64,000 bases of DNA, taken from the NCBI GenBank assembly GCA_009837355.1, contig VXTR01000014.1, forward strand, positions 10,560 to 74,559, given 5' to 3'. Under the pieces are notes generated by a model. The model was not told where the DNA came from and did not search any database. It saw only the letters and a program-made list of their open reading frames with translations. The translations under genes and the position numbers were made by a program. Below are positions 1 to 7,408 of this stretch, one piece after another (within the stretch, counting starts at the first letter, position 1; each line of letters opens with the position of its first letter). The DNA is from Chloroflexota bacterium (GTDB lineage Bacteria > Chloroflexota > Dehalococcoidia > Lucifugimonadales > UBA3495).

Positions 1-1
1 G

Positions 2-118
2 GGCAACCCTGAGGCTTCAAGAGAGCTGCTGGTACGGGCGCGGGCCGCCTGGGCGCCTACTGCCGACGAAAGCGCCGCCGAGCTGCAGCGTTTGGCTACG
101 TCCGTGGATTGCGGCTAA
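2..118 (+). CDS. 3' end of an unidentified CDS entering from the left window edge (38 codons, stop TAA 116-118)
   Basis: The frame is open from position 2 to TAA at 116-118 ('...RELLVRARAAWAPTADESAAELQRLATSVDCG*'). It overlaps the convergent downstream gene by 4 nt. No recognisable motif. Confidence 0.25.
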   Translation, partial: GNPEASRELLVRARAAWAPTADESAAELQRLATSVDCG

Positions 119-999
119 TCGGGCACAGGCTCCGGCAGCCGGTTGAGCAGGCTTTCCAGGTTGAGAGACTGGCAAAGTTCGTCGAGATCAGGCTGCCGAA
201 CGCCGGTCCAACGCAGTTGCTCCGGCTCGGTTTCCGGCAGGGGCGCGTCCAGCCGCAGCATTGCTAATTGGCGATACAGCCGCGCGTCTTCTCGCAGCTC
301 TGTTAGCGTTCTCGCCAGATTGTCGGCTCCGCGCACTTTGACATCCCAATCGCCGGCGTCAGCAGGGATAGCGTCAATACTGCGGTAGCGGGTAAGTATG
401 GCGGCGGTGGAACGCGCGCCCCAGCGCGGGATGCCGGGTATGCCGTCGGCGGCGTCGCCCACCAACCCCAGATAATCGGGGATGGACTCCGGCGGCACGC
501 CGAATTTTTCCAGTACGCCGGCTTCGTCAATCACTTCGCCCTTGCGCCGGTCCAGCATAACGACGCGCTGGCCGGACACTACTTGCGCCAGGTCCTTGTC
601 CGGTGAGCACATCAATACCTGCTCAACTGCCGTGAATTGGGCAAAGCGGACAGCGGCAGCAGCGATGGCATCGTCGGCCTCAAACTCCTCCATCGGCCAG
701 ACCGTGAGACCGAGAGCGCACGTTATCTGTTCCGCCAGGGAGAACTGCGCCAGCAGGTCCGGCTCAACGCCGTCGCCGGTTTTGTATCCGTCAAACAGGT
801 CGTTACGAAAAGAGCGAATGACGGTGTCGAAGGCTACGCCGATGTGGGTGACGTCGGGCTGGTTGAGCAGGGCAATAAGGGATTGCGCCAGCCCGTGGGT
901 TGCCTTGACGTCCTGTCCATTGGGAGCGCTACGGCCGGGACGAGGGGAGTAATGAGCGCGGAATAACTCGTAGGTGCCGTCAACGAGATGGATTTTCAT
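115..999 (-). CDS. 5'-3' exonuclease (FEN / DNA Pol I N-terminal PIN-like nuclease family)
   Basis: 294-aa ORF. It carries 'KIHLVDGTYELFRAHY', 'EFEADDAIAAAA', 'SPDKDLAQV' and the H3TH-like 'GLVGDAADGIPGIPRWG', all typical of 5'-3' exonucleases. Confidence 0.8.
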   Translation of the reverse strand: MKIHLVDGTYELFRAHYSPRPGRSAPNGQDVKATHGLAQSLIALLNQPDVTHIGVAFDTVIRSFRNDLFDGYKTGDGVEPDLLAQFSLAEQITCALGLTVWPMEEFEADDAIAAAAVRFAQFTAVEQVLMCSPDKDLAQVVSGQRVVMLDRRKGEVIDEAGVLEKFGVPPESIPDYLGLVGDAADGIPGIPRWGARSTAAILTRYRSIDAIPADAGDWDVKVRGADNLARTLTELREDARLYRQLAMLRLDAPLPETEPEQLRWTGVRQPDLDELCQSLNLESLLNRLPEPVPD

Positions 1000-1027
1000 T
1001 GGGGATGACGTGAACTGCTTTACGGGC

Positions 1028-2605
1028 CTAGTCCAGGTAGCGATAGCCGGGCAGGGTTAGGAACTCGATGAACTCCTCCGACAGTACGATTTCGTCCAGC
1101 AGTTCGACGGCTTTATCCAGCGCGCCGGCGTTGTCCTGGCCACGCTGTTCCACCAGGGCGGCGGCTTCCTGGGCACGGGTCTGACGATACAGCTCGGCGG
1201 TAATGGGGCGTCCGTCGCTCAGCGACGCGCCGTGCCTGACCCATTGCCAGAGCTGAGAGCGGGAAATTTCGGCGGTGGCGGCGTCCTCCATCAGGCCGTA
1301 GATGGCAACGGCGCCGTTGCCCCGCGTCCAGGCGTCGATGTATTGCAGCGCGACGCTGATGTTGTTGCGTAGGCCGGCCTCGGTGATTTCGCCCTCGGGC
1401 ACTGACAGTAAATCGTCGGGAGCGATGCGTACTTCGGGGATGACGGACAGCTGGTTGTCCGTGGCAAAGGCCGACTGGAAAACGTCGAGCACGGGCGGAA
1501 CCAGGCCGGGGTGGGCGACCCACGCGCCGTCGAAGCCCTGGTCGGCCTCGCGCTGCTTGTCAGAACGCACCTGGGCAAAGGCGGCTTCGTTGGCAGCCTC
1601 GTCGTCGCGGCGGGGGATGAACGCGGACATCCCGCCCAGAGCGTGGGCACCCCGGCGGTGGCAGGTGTTGACCAGCAGGTGCGCCGCCGAGGTCAGGAAG
1701 TGCGTCGCCATGGTTACCTGCGCCCGGTCGGGAAAGACCATATCGGCGCGGTTGTTGAACACCTTGATGACGCTGAAGATGTAATCCCAGCGGCCCAGGT
1801 TCAGCCCGGCCGGTCGTTCCCGGAATTCGTAGAGGATTTCTTCCATCTCGAAGGCAGCGAGGATATGCTCAATGAGCACGGTGGGGCTGATGGTTCCTGC
1901 CGGGATGTTCAGGCGTTCCTCAGCATACTTGAACACGTCATTCCAGAGGCGGGCTTCCAGGTACGATTGGAGCTTGGGCAGGTAGTAGTAGGGCCCGGTG
2001 CCGTGGCTATGTTGGGCGACGTGGTTGTGATAGATGGTCAAGCCGAAGTCGAAGAAGCTGCCGGCGACGGGTTCGCCGTCCACCAGCAGGTGGCGTTCCA
2101 TCAGGTGGAGGCCACGGGGGCGCACGCAAAGGGTGGCAGTCTCGTCGTTCAGTTGATATTGGCGTCCGTCGGCGGCCTGGTCGCTGATGGTGCGGCGGTA
2201 GGCGTCGCGCACGTTCAGTTGACCGTCCAGCGTAGGCAGCCAGGCCGGTGAGTGGGCGTCCTCGAAGTCGGTCATATAGACCTGGGCTCCGCAGTTCAGC
2301 GCGTTGATGACCATGCGCCGGCTGGACGAGGGGCCGGTGATTTCCACGCGCCGGTTGGACAGGTCGGTCGGCGCCGGCTGCACACGCCAGTCGCCCTCGC
2401 GGACGCCGCGGGTTTCGGTCAGGAAGTCGGGGGTCGCGCCGTCGTCAATCTCAGCCTGGCGGCGGGCGCGGGCTGTCATCAGCCGGCGTCGGGTAGTCTC
2501 AAAGTTGCGGTGCAGTTCGGCGACAAATCCCAGCGCGTCGTCGGTGAGCACTTCGGCGTACTGCGCCGGAACCGGGCCGAGAATCTGGATGCTGTCAGAT
2601 GGCAT
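1028..2605 (-). CDS. aceB: malate synthase A
   Basis: The 525-aa length fits the A type. Motifs include 'RRVEITGP', 'MVINALNCGAQVYMTDFEDAHSPAW', 'YYYLPKLQSYLEARLWNDVF' and 'ATVLIE..AAFEMEEILYE'. Confidence 0.85.
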   Translation of the reverse strand: MPSDSIQILGPVPAQYAEVLTDDALGFVAELHRNFETTRRRLMTARARRQAEIDDGATPDFLTETRGVREGDWRVQPAPTDLSNRRVEITGPSSSRRMVINALNCGAQVYMTDFEDAHSPAWLPTLDGQLNVRDAYRRTISDQAADGRQYQLNDETATLCVRPRGLHLMERHLLVDGEPVAGSFFDFGLTIYHNHVAQHSHGTGPYYYLPKLQSYLEARLWNDVFKYAEERLNIPAGTISPTVLIEHILAAFEMEEILYEFRERPAGLNLGRWDYIFSVIKVFNNRADMVFPDRAQVTMATHFLTSAAHLLVNTCHRRGAHALGGMSAFIPRRDDEAANEAAFAQVRSDKQREADQGFDGAWVAHPGLVPPVLDVFQSAFATDNQLSVIPEVRIAPDDLLSVPEGEITEAGLRNNISVALQYIDAWTRGNGAVAIYGLMEDAATAEISRSQLWQWVRHGASLSDGRPITAELYRQTRAQEAAALVEQRGQDNAGALDKAVELLDEIVLSEEFIEFLTLPGYRYLD

Positions 2606-2629
2606 AGTTATTCGTCCTGCTAGTGATTG

Positions 2630-4930
2630 CTACTGTGCCGGCAAGCCCAGCTCAACCAGCCGCTGACGGCCGGCCCCGTCGATGGACAAACCCGCCGCCA
2701 CGCCGTCGCGGTACTTCCGCTCCAATTCGCGCAGCTGATAGGCCACCGGCCTCATTCCCTCGCCGCGCTGCGCTGCCGCTTCCGCCAACGTTTCGTAAGC
2801 CTGGTCCAGCGACCAGTAGAACGAAAAGAGCCAAGACAGTTCCCGCTCGTCGGTGGGCGATGGCACGTCCGCTATGTCCAGGATGGTGTTGACCACCTTG
2901 GTGTAGCGCAGGATGCCGGCCTTGTCCTGCTGGTCGCGGCCATAGTACCGCCGGTGCATCAGTTCGTGGACACGGCTGGCGTAGTCCGCCTCCCCGTAGA
3001 TGTTGACGGGCAGCCACTCGCGCAGGTCAACCACTTCGTTGCCCTCGGCGTCAAGCACGGCGACGGCCACCTCCGAGCGGAGCACGCCGTCGTACTCGAA
3101 CTTGACGGCGTTGCGGAGCAGGGCTTCCTGCAGAAGCATGGTCAGCTCCCGGGGAATCTTCACGTAACGTGAGCCTGAGGCCTCTTCGTTGCTGTCGGCG
3201 CCGACGCCGCCGGTATTGAAGGCATAGTATTGCTGGGGCATACCGCCCCAGGCCAGCTGCTGCAGCACGTGGTAGAGCAGGTTGGCGTTTTCGTCCTCAA
3301 GGCCGATGATGAAGGGGTCGGAGAAGTACTCCACGTAGGGGCGGCCGATAGCGCCGATGGCTGCGCCCATCTGCACGGCCTCGCCGTACATCAGCACGCG
3401 GATGTACTGCTCCAGACTGAGGCGGCGCAGGGGTGGTATCACCGTGTTCTGGCGCATGACCTCCTGCCAGAAAACCCGGTCGGTGCTGTCCATGGGGACG
3501 TGGACGGAGTCGGTGAGGCGGCCGCCGGTGATCTTGGAAATCAGGCCGGCCGCGCCCTTGCGCTGCAGGAGGCCGCGGCGGGACAGGATCATCCGCATAT
3601 TGCGAACCGGGTTCTCCAAGTAGTTGGGTTCCTGGCTGTCCACGTGGACGGGGACGTTTTCCAGGGTCTCGTCGGGGGTGGTTACTCCCGGAGCGCCGCG
3701 GAGCACGTCGTAGGTTATCGGGTCGTCCTCGCGGGTGAGGCCGAAGGGCACGGCGTAGAAGTTGTTCTCGGTGCCGTCGATGCCGTAGGTGATGAGAGCG
3801 CTGCTGCCGCCCTGGCGACTAGGGATTGGGGATTCCAGCGGCTGGAGCAGGACGATGTCGTCGTTCATGGGATAGACCCCTTCCTCAGGGTCATTGGGCA
3901 GGTTGAGGATGCCGGCCAGTTCGCTGTTAGCCAGTTCCACCATGATGGTCAGGGTGCTCTTGCCGTGAAGGGACGGGCCGACGGTTACCAGGGCGGTATT
4001 GGAGATGTCGCCGGTGAGGGTGCGGGTGCGGGCCATGCTGAGAGCCGCCTGGACGGCCAAGCCGTTCTTCTCCTTGACCTGGTGCATGGCGATGGACAGT
4101 GGGCCCATCTTGTGCTCACCCACGTAGTCAAAGCCGAAGTGCAGGGAGAGGCCGCGGGTGGGAGCCTTGAACACCAGTTGGGTGATGCCGGCGCCGCGCA
4201 GTTGGGTCTTGAGGCCCTCGTCCAGGCCCAGGTCGTCCATCCAGTGGGGCACCGAGACCTCCAGGATGTCGGGCGGTTCCGGCCACTGTTCCTGGGGGAG
4301 TTCGAAGGTCAGCCGGCGCCACATATAGGGCGCCTGCATATAGCGGGTGCCGAAAAGCAACTGGCGGGCGTGGTAGGAGCGGCCCGGCGCGTCGCAAATC
4401 TGGCGGTCGGTTTGCACGACATCCTCGCCGGACGCGAAGGCGGCTTCCATCTTGTCGGAGACTTGTTGGAAGACCTGGGTGAAGAGGCGCTGGTTGTCCT
4501 CTGAGAAGGCCAGGGCGTCACGGTTGCGGGTGAAGCCCTCGATGAAATACTGGGTCAGGTCGGGACGGCGGACGACGCCCAGCTGGCTGAAAAAGGCGAG
4601 GCCTCCGTTGTCCAGCCGGAACACGGTTTCGGGCCAGACCTTGCTGGAGGCGCGACCGGCGGCGTTGGCCTCGACTGCCTCGGCTTCCAAGTCGCGCGCC
4701 TGGGCCAGCAACTCGGCCTGCCGGTCGTCCGACAGGTCTTGAAAGACGGGCATCTTGTCCACAATCCACTCTTCCGAGGGGTTGTAGAGGGGACTGTCGG
4801 CGCGCTGTCCCTGCCGGGCGATGGCGCAAAGGCGGGTCAGGGCGGCTTCAAACTCGGGGACGATGTTGGGACCGGTCAAGGGCGACTTGCCATCGGGCCG
4901 GTCGGTGGAGCTCGCGGTGGGGCTGGTCAA
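2630..4930 (-). CDS. atypically long PEP-carboxykinase-like P-loop protein (ATP-type PEPCK fold, about 300-aa N-terminal extension)
   Basis: 766 aa with a TTG start and a GGAGA 7 nt upstream. 'GPSLHGKSTLT' aligns with the PEPCK kinase-1a loop GLSGTGKTTLS, and 'MNDDIVLL' with IGDDEHGW. 'FNTGGVGADS..RYVKIPRELTMLLQEALL' aligns with [24 protein letters not shown]. The assignment is by-eye motif alignment only. Confidence 0.5.
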   Translation of the reverse strand: MTSPTASSTDRPDGKSPLTGPNIVPEFEAALTRLCAIARQGQRADSPLYNPSEEWIVDKMPVFQDLSDDRQAELLAQARDLEAEAVEANAAGRASSKVWPETVFRLDNGGLAFFSQLGVVRRPDLTQYFIEGFTRNRDALAFSEDNQRLFTQVFQQVSDKMEAAFASGEDVVQTDRQICDAPGRSYHARQLLFGTRYMQAPYMWRRLTFELPQEQWPEPPDILEVSVPHWMDDLGLDEGLKTQLRGAGITQLVFKAPTRGLSLHFGFDYVGEHKMGPLSIAMHQVKEKNGLAVQAALSMARTRTLTGDISNTALVTVGPSLHGKSTLTIMVELANSELAGILNLPNDPEEGVYPMNDDIVLLQPLESPIPSRQGGSSALITYGIDGTENNFYAVPFGLTREDDPITYDVLRGAPGVTTPDETLENVPVHVDSQEPNYLENPVRNMRMILSRRGLLQRKGAAGLISKITGGRLTDSVHVPMDSTDRVFWQEVMRQNTVIPPLRRLSLEQYIRVLMYGEAVQMGAAIGAIGRPYVEYFSDPFIIGLEDENANLLYHVLQQLAWGGMPQQYYAFNTGGVGADSNEEASGSRYVKIPRELTMLLQEALLRNAVKFEYDGVLRSEVAVAVLDAEGNEVVDLREWLPVNIYGEADYASRVHELMHRRYYGRDQQDKAGILRYTKVVNTILDIADVPSPTDERELSWLFSFYWSLDQAYETLAEAAAQRGEGMRPVAYQLRELERKYRDGVAAGLSIDGAGRQRLVELGLPAQ

Positions 4931-4978
4931 GGCGTATCTCCGAAAGAGGTTTAATCTAAGGGAAAATAAGGCAGGGTT

Positions 4979-5007
4979 ATGCTACCCCTAACCGCCCGTA
5001 GTGTCAA
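4979..5007 (-). promoter_or_regulatory. candidate sigma70-type promoter for the PEPCK-like/aceB operon
   Basis: On the minus strand, TTGACA (5007-5002), a 17-nt spacer, then TAGCAT (4984-4979), about 45 nt upstream of the TTG start at 4930. Confidence 0.4.
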
Positions 5008-5085
5008 AATGGCGGGAGCGCCGGAATGGGGGTTTTCGGGACCGGGGTTTTCATCAGGTTCCTCCTGCGGTTGGTGGTGGTTGGG

Positions 5086-5358
5086 TAGCCTGCCTGAGGT
5101 CGGTTTCCGGAGTTCACTTCGGTCGTTGCCAGCCCCACGGCCGGGGGTGGTACGCAAGGGTTTATACCCTCCGAGTGGGTGAGCCTAATGAGAGCGTCCA
5201 GTTCAGAGGTAGCCACCGTTAAGATTCGCACGGGTCATTTGTTAGCCGTACACGACGCAGTGGGTAGCGCGCTGGAACAAGCGGGGTCCTGCGATTTGGG
5301 TTTGCTGACTGGTTGGTGGCCGTTGACGACCGTAGTGATGATGACCTCGTTGGCAGGC
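5086..5358. ncRNA. candidate structured RNA of unknown class (strand unresolved)
   Basis: 5086-5093 AGCCTGCC pairs with 5351-5358 GGCAGGCT, and 5095-5100 GAGGTC pairs with 5342-5347 GACCTC. Inside this, 5119-5125 CGGTCGT pairs with 5325-5331 ACGACCG and 5211-5216 GCCACC with 5314-5319 GGTGGC. Local hairpins occur at 5106-5121, 5128-5149 and 5156-5169. No credible ORF is present. The region lies in a 607-bp gene-free gap in a compact genome. Confidence 0.35.
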
Positions 5359-5389
5359 TGGGATGGATGGATTGTGATGTGCACAGGGC

Positions 5390-5419
5390 TATTATGAACG
5401 TATGTTCCGTTAGTTGTCA
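5390..5419 (-). promoter_or_regulatory. candidate sigma70-type promoter firing into the structured intergenic region
   Basis: On the minus strand, TTGACA (5419-5414), an 18-nt spacer, then CATAAT (5395-5390), inside the only AT-rich patch of the region. Confidence 0.4.
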
Positions 5420-5421
5420 AT

Positions 5422-5440
5422 AGGCCGGCGTCGCCGGTTT
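5422..5440 (+). terminator. small hairpin plus T4 (weak intrinsic-terminator-like element on the plus strand)
   Basis: CCGGC (5424-5428), a GTC loop, then GCCGG (5432-5436), followed by TTTT (5437-5440). On the minus strand it has no U-tract. Confidence 0.3.
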
Positions 5441-5454
5441 TCAGAATCAGGATT

Positions 5455-5514
5455 TTTGGGATTGGGGATGCCGCCCCGCCCCGGCTCCTAGATTCCCGCC
5501 GGCGCAAGAATGAT
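5455..5514 (+). repeat. composite element, copy L: G-rich/C-rich hairpin plus a degenerate REP-like palindrome
   Basis: TTGGGATTGGGGATGCCGCCCCGCCCCGGCTCCTAGATTCCCGCCGGCGCAAGAATGATG. It is collinear with copy R at 6084-6138, sharing the blocks TTGGG..TTGGG, GCCCC.CCCC, CT.GATTCC and GA.TGA.GATG. Confidence 0.5.
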
Positions 5515-5536
5515 GGCGGAGCAGGGCGCAGCGGTA

Positions 5537-6049
5537 TCAAGCGCGGCGTTGGGAGACGGGATGGACGTATGACCAGCCGCCGGAGGTGGTGCGGCGCCCG
5601 AGAGGAGTGTTGTCGCTGGTTTTGATGAGCTGCTCTACCGGCAGGGGCTGCGGAATCTTCTGCATCCGCATGACAATGAGCAAGTTAGTGCAGAGGCCCC
5701 GTTCTTCGAAATGGTCATCCCCAGGGAGACCGTACAAGCCCTCTTCGGTGGGTTGATACAATTCCAGTTCGCGTTCGATAAAGCTGCGTCCCTCGGCATT
5801 GATGGCGGTTTTGTCCCGCCAGCCCACGACGTCGCAGGCGTAATGAACCCGGTTCAAATCGGTAGTTATGGAGGCGTACAAGCGCACCGTATCCGATTCG
5901 CTGGGCGGATGCTCTCGGAACTTGGCGATTGCCGATTCGTGGTAAGGCTGGAGGTACAGCGGGAGGCGAGGATTTGCGCTCTGAGCGGTTACGATGTCGT
6001 CGAGCACCTCTTGGTAAATGCCGTTAATGAAGAGAGCATAATCGCGCAT
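5537..6049 (-). CDS. hypothetical protein, no family recognised
   Basis: 170-aa ORF with an ATG start, lower GC than its neighbours, and related composite repeats on both sides. No motif that I can name. Confidence 0.55.
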   Translation of the reverse strand: MRDYALFINGIYQEVLDDIVTAQSANPRLPLYLQPYHESAIAKFREHPPSESDTVRLYASITTDLNRVHYACDVVGWRDKTAINAEGRSFIERELELYQPTEEGLYGLPGDDHFEERGLCTNLLIVMRMQKIPQPLPVEQLIKTSDNTPLGRRTTSGGWSYVHPVSQRRA

Positions 6050-6074
6050 TGGGGTCTCCTAGTTTGGCCATGCA

Positions 6075-6095
6075 GGTTGGGGGTTGGGGGTTGGG
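6075..6095 (+). repeat. 3 x GGTTGGG tandem repeat (G-quadruplex-capable tract)
   Basis: The sequence ggttggg ggttggg ggttggg is read directly. It is C-rich on the transcribed minus strand, between the dCTP-deaminase-like gene and the 170-aa gene. Confidence 0.7.
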
Positions 6096-6107
6096 ACGGC
6101 CCCACCC

Positions 6108-6135
6108 CTGGATTCCGGCTTTCGCCGGAGTGACG
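6108..6135 (+). repeat. REP-like palindromic element (CTGGATTCCGGC-N4-GCCGGAgTGACG)
   Basis: It is nearly identical to the reverse complement of 30926-30953 and to 44285-44310. The inner inverted repeat is ATTCCGGC/GCCGGAGT. Confidence 0.75.
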
Positions 6136-6228
6136 ATGAAGTAGGCCGTAACCGCGTCCTTACGACGGGGTGGGAGAGCGGGGTAATCGCGATGTCTCCG
6201 ATTGGAGAGTCGGGCGGCGCTGTTGGCG

Positions 6229-7401
6229 CTAGCCGCCGTTACCTTCGAACATTGGCAACTGGCGGATCTGGACGTCGGGGGAGAAGTGCTTGCTGAGGAT
6301 GCGGCCGGCTTCTTGGTATGAGGAGCCGACTCTCGGGCCGTACCAACGGTCAGGCGGCTCCAGCATCTGCTCGAAAGCGAGGGTGCACACCATTTGTCCC
6401 GGGCCTACCATGAAAGGGACGTCATGGGCACGAACTTCCAGAACGGGCTGGATACCTCCCAACCGGCCGTTTTCGCCATAGCCGAATCCAGGGTCGAAGA
6501 AGCCGGCGTAATGAGTCCGGAGCTCGCCTTTGGCAGTTTCGTAAGCGGTCATCTCGGCGGCCAGCTGTGGGGGTATGCTCACGCTCTCTATGGAGGACAC
6601 CAGGTAAAATTCTTCGGGCTCCAAAATCAGGCTGTGGCCCCGGTCTGCGAAAACAGGTTCCCAGAAATCGCGGGGTGGGTAGCAATTGGTCAGGGACAGG
6701 TCAAGGAGGCTGCTGTTCCTCTTGGCCCGGTAACCTACGAACCCCTGCTCGGCAAGCAGATTGACGCTAAATCCAATTGAGTTGCTCTCGTCAATCTCGG
6801 ACGATTGCGCAGGTTGCCGGGTTTTGGTGAACAATATCGGATCACGCTCATGCGCGCTCCGCAAGTATCCCAACTCACACGTGGGATCGCCTTTGAACAG
6901 GCGAATTTGGTTCAAAGACAATCCCGTCTTAACCTTGACGGTGAATGACCTAGAGAACACCTCCAGGAACATACGCCCATGATAACCGTCGGCAACGTCG
7001 TCAAACCGTGGGCTGGCGTCCGTGATGACGCGGGTAAAGATATCCAGCCGGCCGGTGGAGCTCTTGGGATTAGTCTTGCCACGAATCCCGGGGGGCAGCT
7101 TAAGACCTTCGATGAGAGGGATCAGATAGGGGCGGTTCTTTTCCAGGATGGCGCCATCGCGCAGGTCCATTTCGGCGATGGCAAGGTCGGGCAACTTGTC
7201 CTCGACAGGCCCGGCGTAGGGCAGGAAACTGCTCTGCAGGACGTACGCCTTCTCGCCCAGCCTCAGGTCAAGGCTGGCCGGCTGGTAATTCTGATCGGGG
7301 ATCGTATATTCGCTGACGATGGCTCCATCCTGAACGGCTCGCCTAAGCCATTTGGTCGGCAGGATACCTCCCTTATCGATTTCGTTGATGCTTTCGAACA
7401 T
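6229..7401 (-). CDS. tandem-domain 2'-deoxycytidine 5'-triphosphate deaminase-like protein (long 'DCD' family, two dCTP-deaminase/dUTPase-fold halves)
   Basis: I take the start at ATG 7401 (MFESINE..), 7 nt after the upstream stop. In the first half, 'LDLRLGEKAY', 'GKTNPKSSTGRLDIFTRV' and 'GRMFLEVFS' align with E. coli Dcd VDVRLGN / DGRSSLARLGL / CIVLEF. The second half repeats the pattern ('ILEPEEFYLV', 'FFDPGFG', 'VLEVRAHD'). Confidence 0.7.
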   Translation of the reverse strand: MFESINEIDKGGILPTKWLRRAVQDGAIVSEYTIPDQNYQPASLDLRLGEKAYVLQSSFLPYAGPVEDKLPDLAIAEMDLRDGAILEKNRPYLIPLIEGLKLPPGIRGKTNPKSSTGRLDIFTRVITDASPRFDDVADGYHGRMFLEVFSRSFTVKVKTGLSLNQIRLFKGDPTCELGYLRSAHERDPILFTKTRQPAQSSEIDESNSIGFSVNLLAEQGFVGYRAKRNSSLLDLSLTNCYPPRDFWEPVFADRGHSLILEPEEFYLVSSIESVSIPPQLAAEMTAYETAKGELRTHYAGFFDPGFGYGENGRLGGIQPVLEVRAHDVPFMVGPGQMVCTLAFEQMLEPPDRWYGPRVGSSYQEAGRILSKHFSPDVQIRQLPMFEGNGG

Positions 7402-7408
7402 ATTGTGT

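Noticed and set aside
5085-5180. Glycine-riboswitch-like strings on the minus strand (CTCGGAGGG ... GACCGAAG ... CCTCAGGCAGG) upstream of the malate synthase operon
   Set aside because: The order of the three blocks is suggestive, and glycine riboswitches are known upstream of malate synthase in some marine bacteria. However, the 'CCGAAGGGGCAA' core is not conserved (the sequence reads CCGAAGTGAACT). I could not build P1 or P3, and the CTCAGGCAGGCT segment is instead engaged in the long-range helix. It is unresolved rather than supported, and cmsearch with RF00504 would decide.
5086-5358. Identity as RNase P RNA, tmRNA, SRP RNA, 6S RNA or a cobalamin riboswitch
   Set aside because: I looked on both strands for the hallmark strings and found none. 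These were GAGGAAAGTCCGGGC and ACAGAA.CCGGCTTA for RNase P, GGGG...TTCGA..TCC...CCACCA for tmRNA, GGTCCGGAAGGAAGCAGC for SRP, and the B12 box. This was by-eye checking only, so a covariance-model search is still needed.
4951-5540. Small ORFs (67-101 aa) inside the large intergenic gap
   Set aside because: They overlap each other in several frames and have Pro/Gly/Arg-rich or repeat-derived sequences ('FLRRRESRS' is the translation of the palindromic repeat). None has an RBS plus a plausible start. The region is treated as non-coding.
5455-6138. Integron attC sites / gene-cassette array
   Set aside because: The layout is cassette-like, but I found no R''/R' core sites (RYYYAAC / GTTRRRY) at the expected positions. 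GTTGGGG and GTTGGGA both end in a purine. No intI gene is present in the window.
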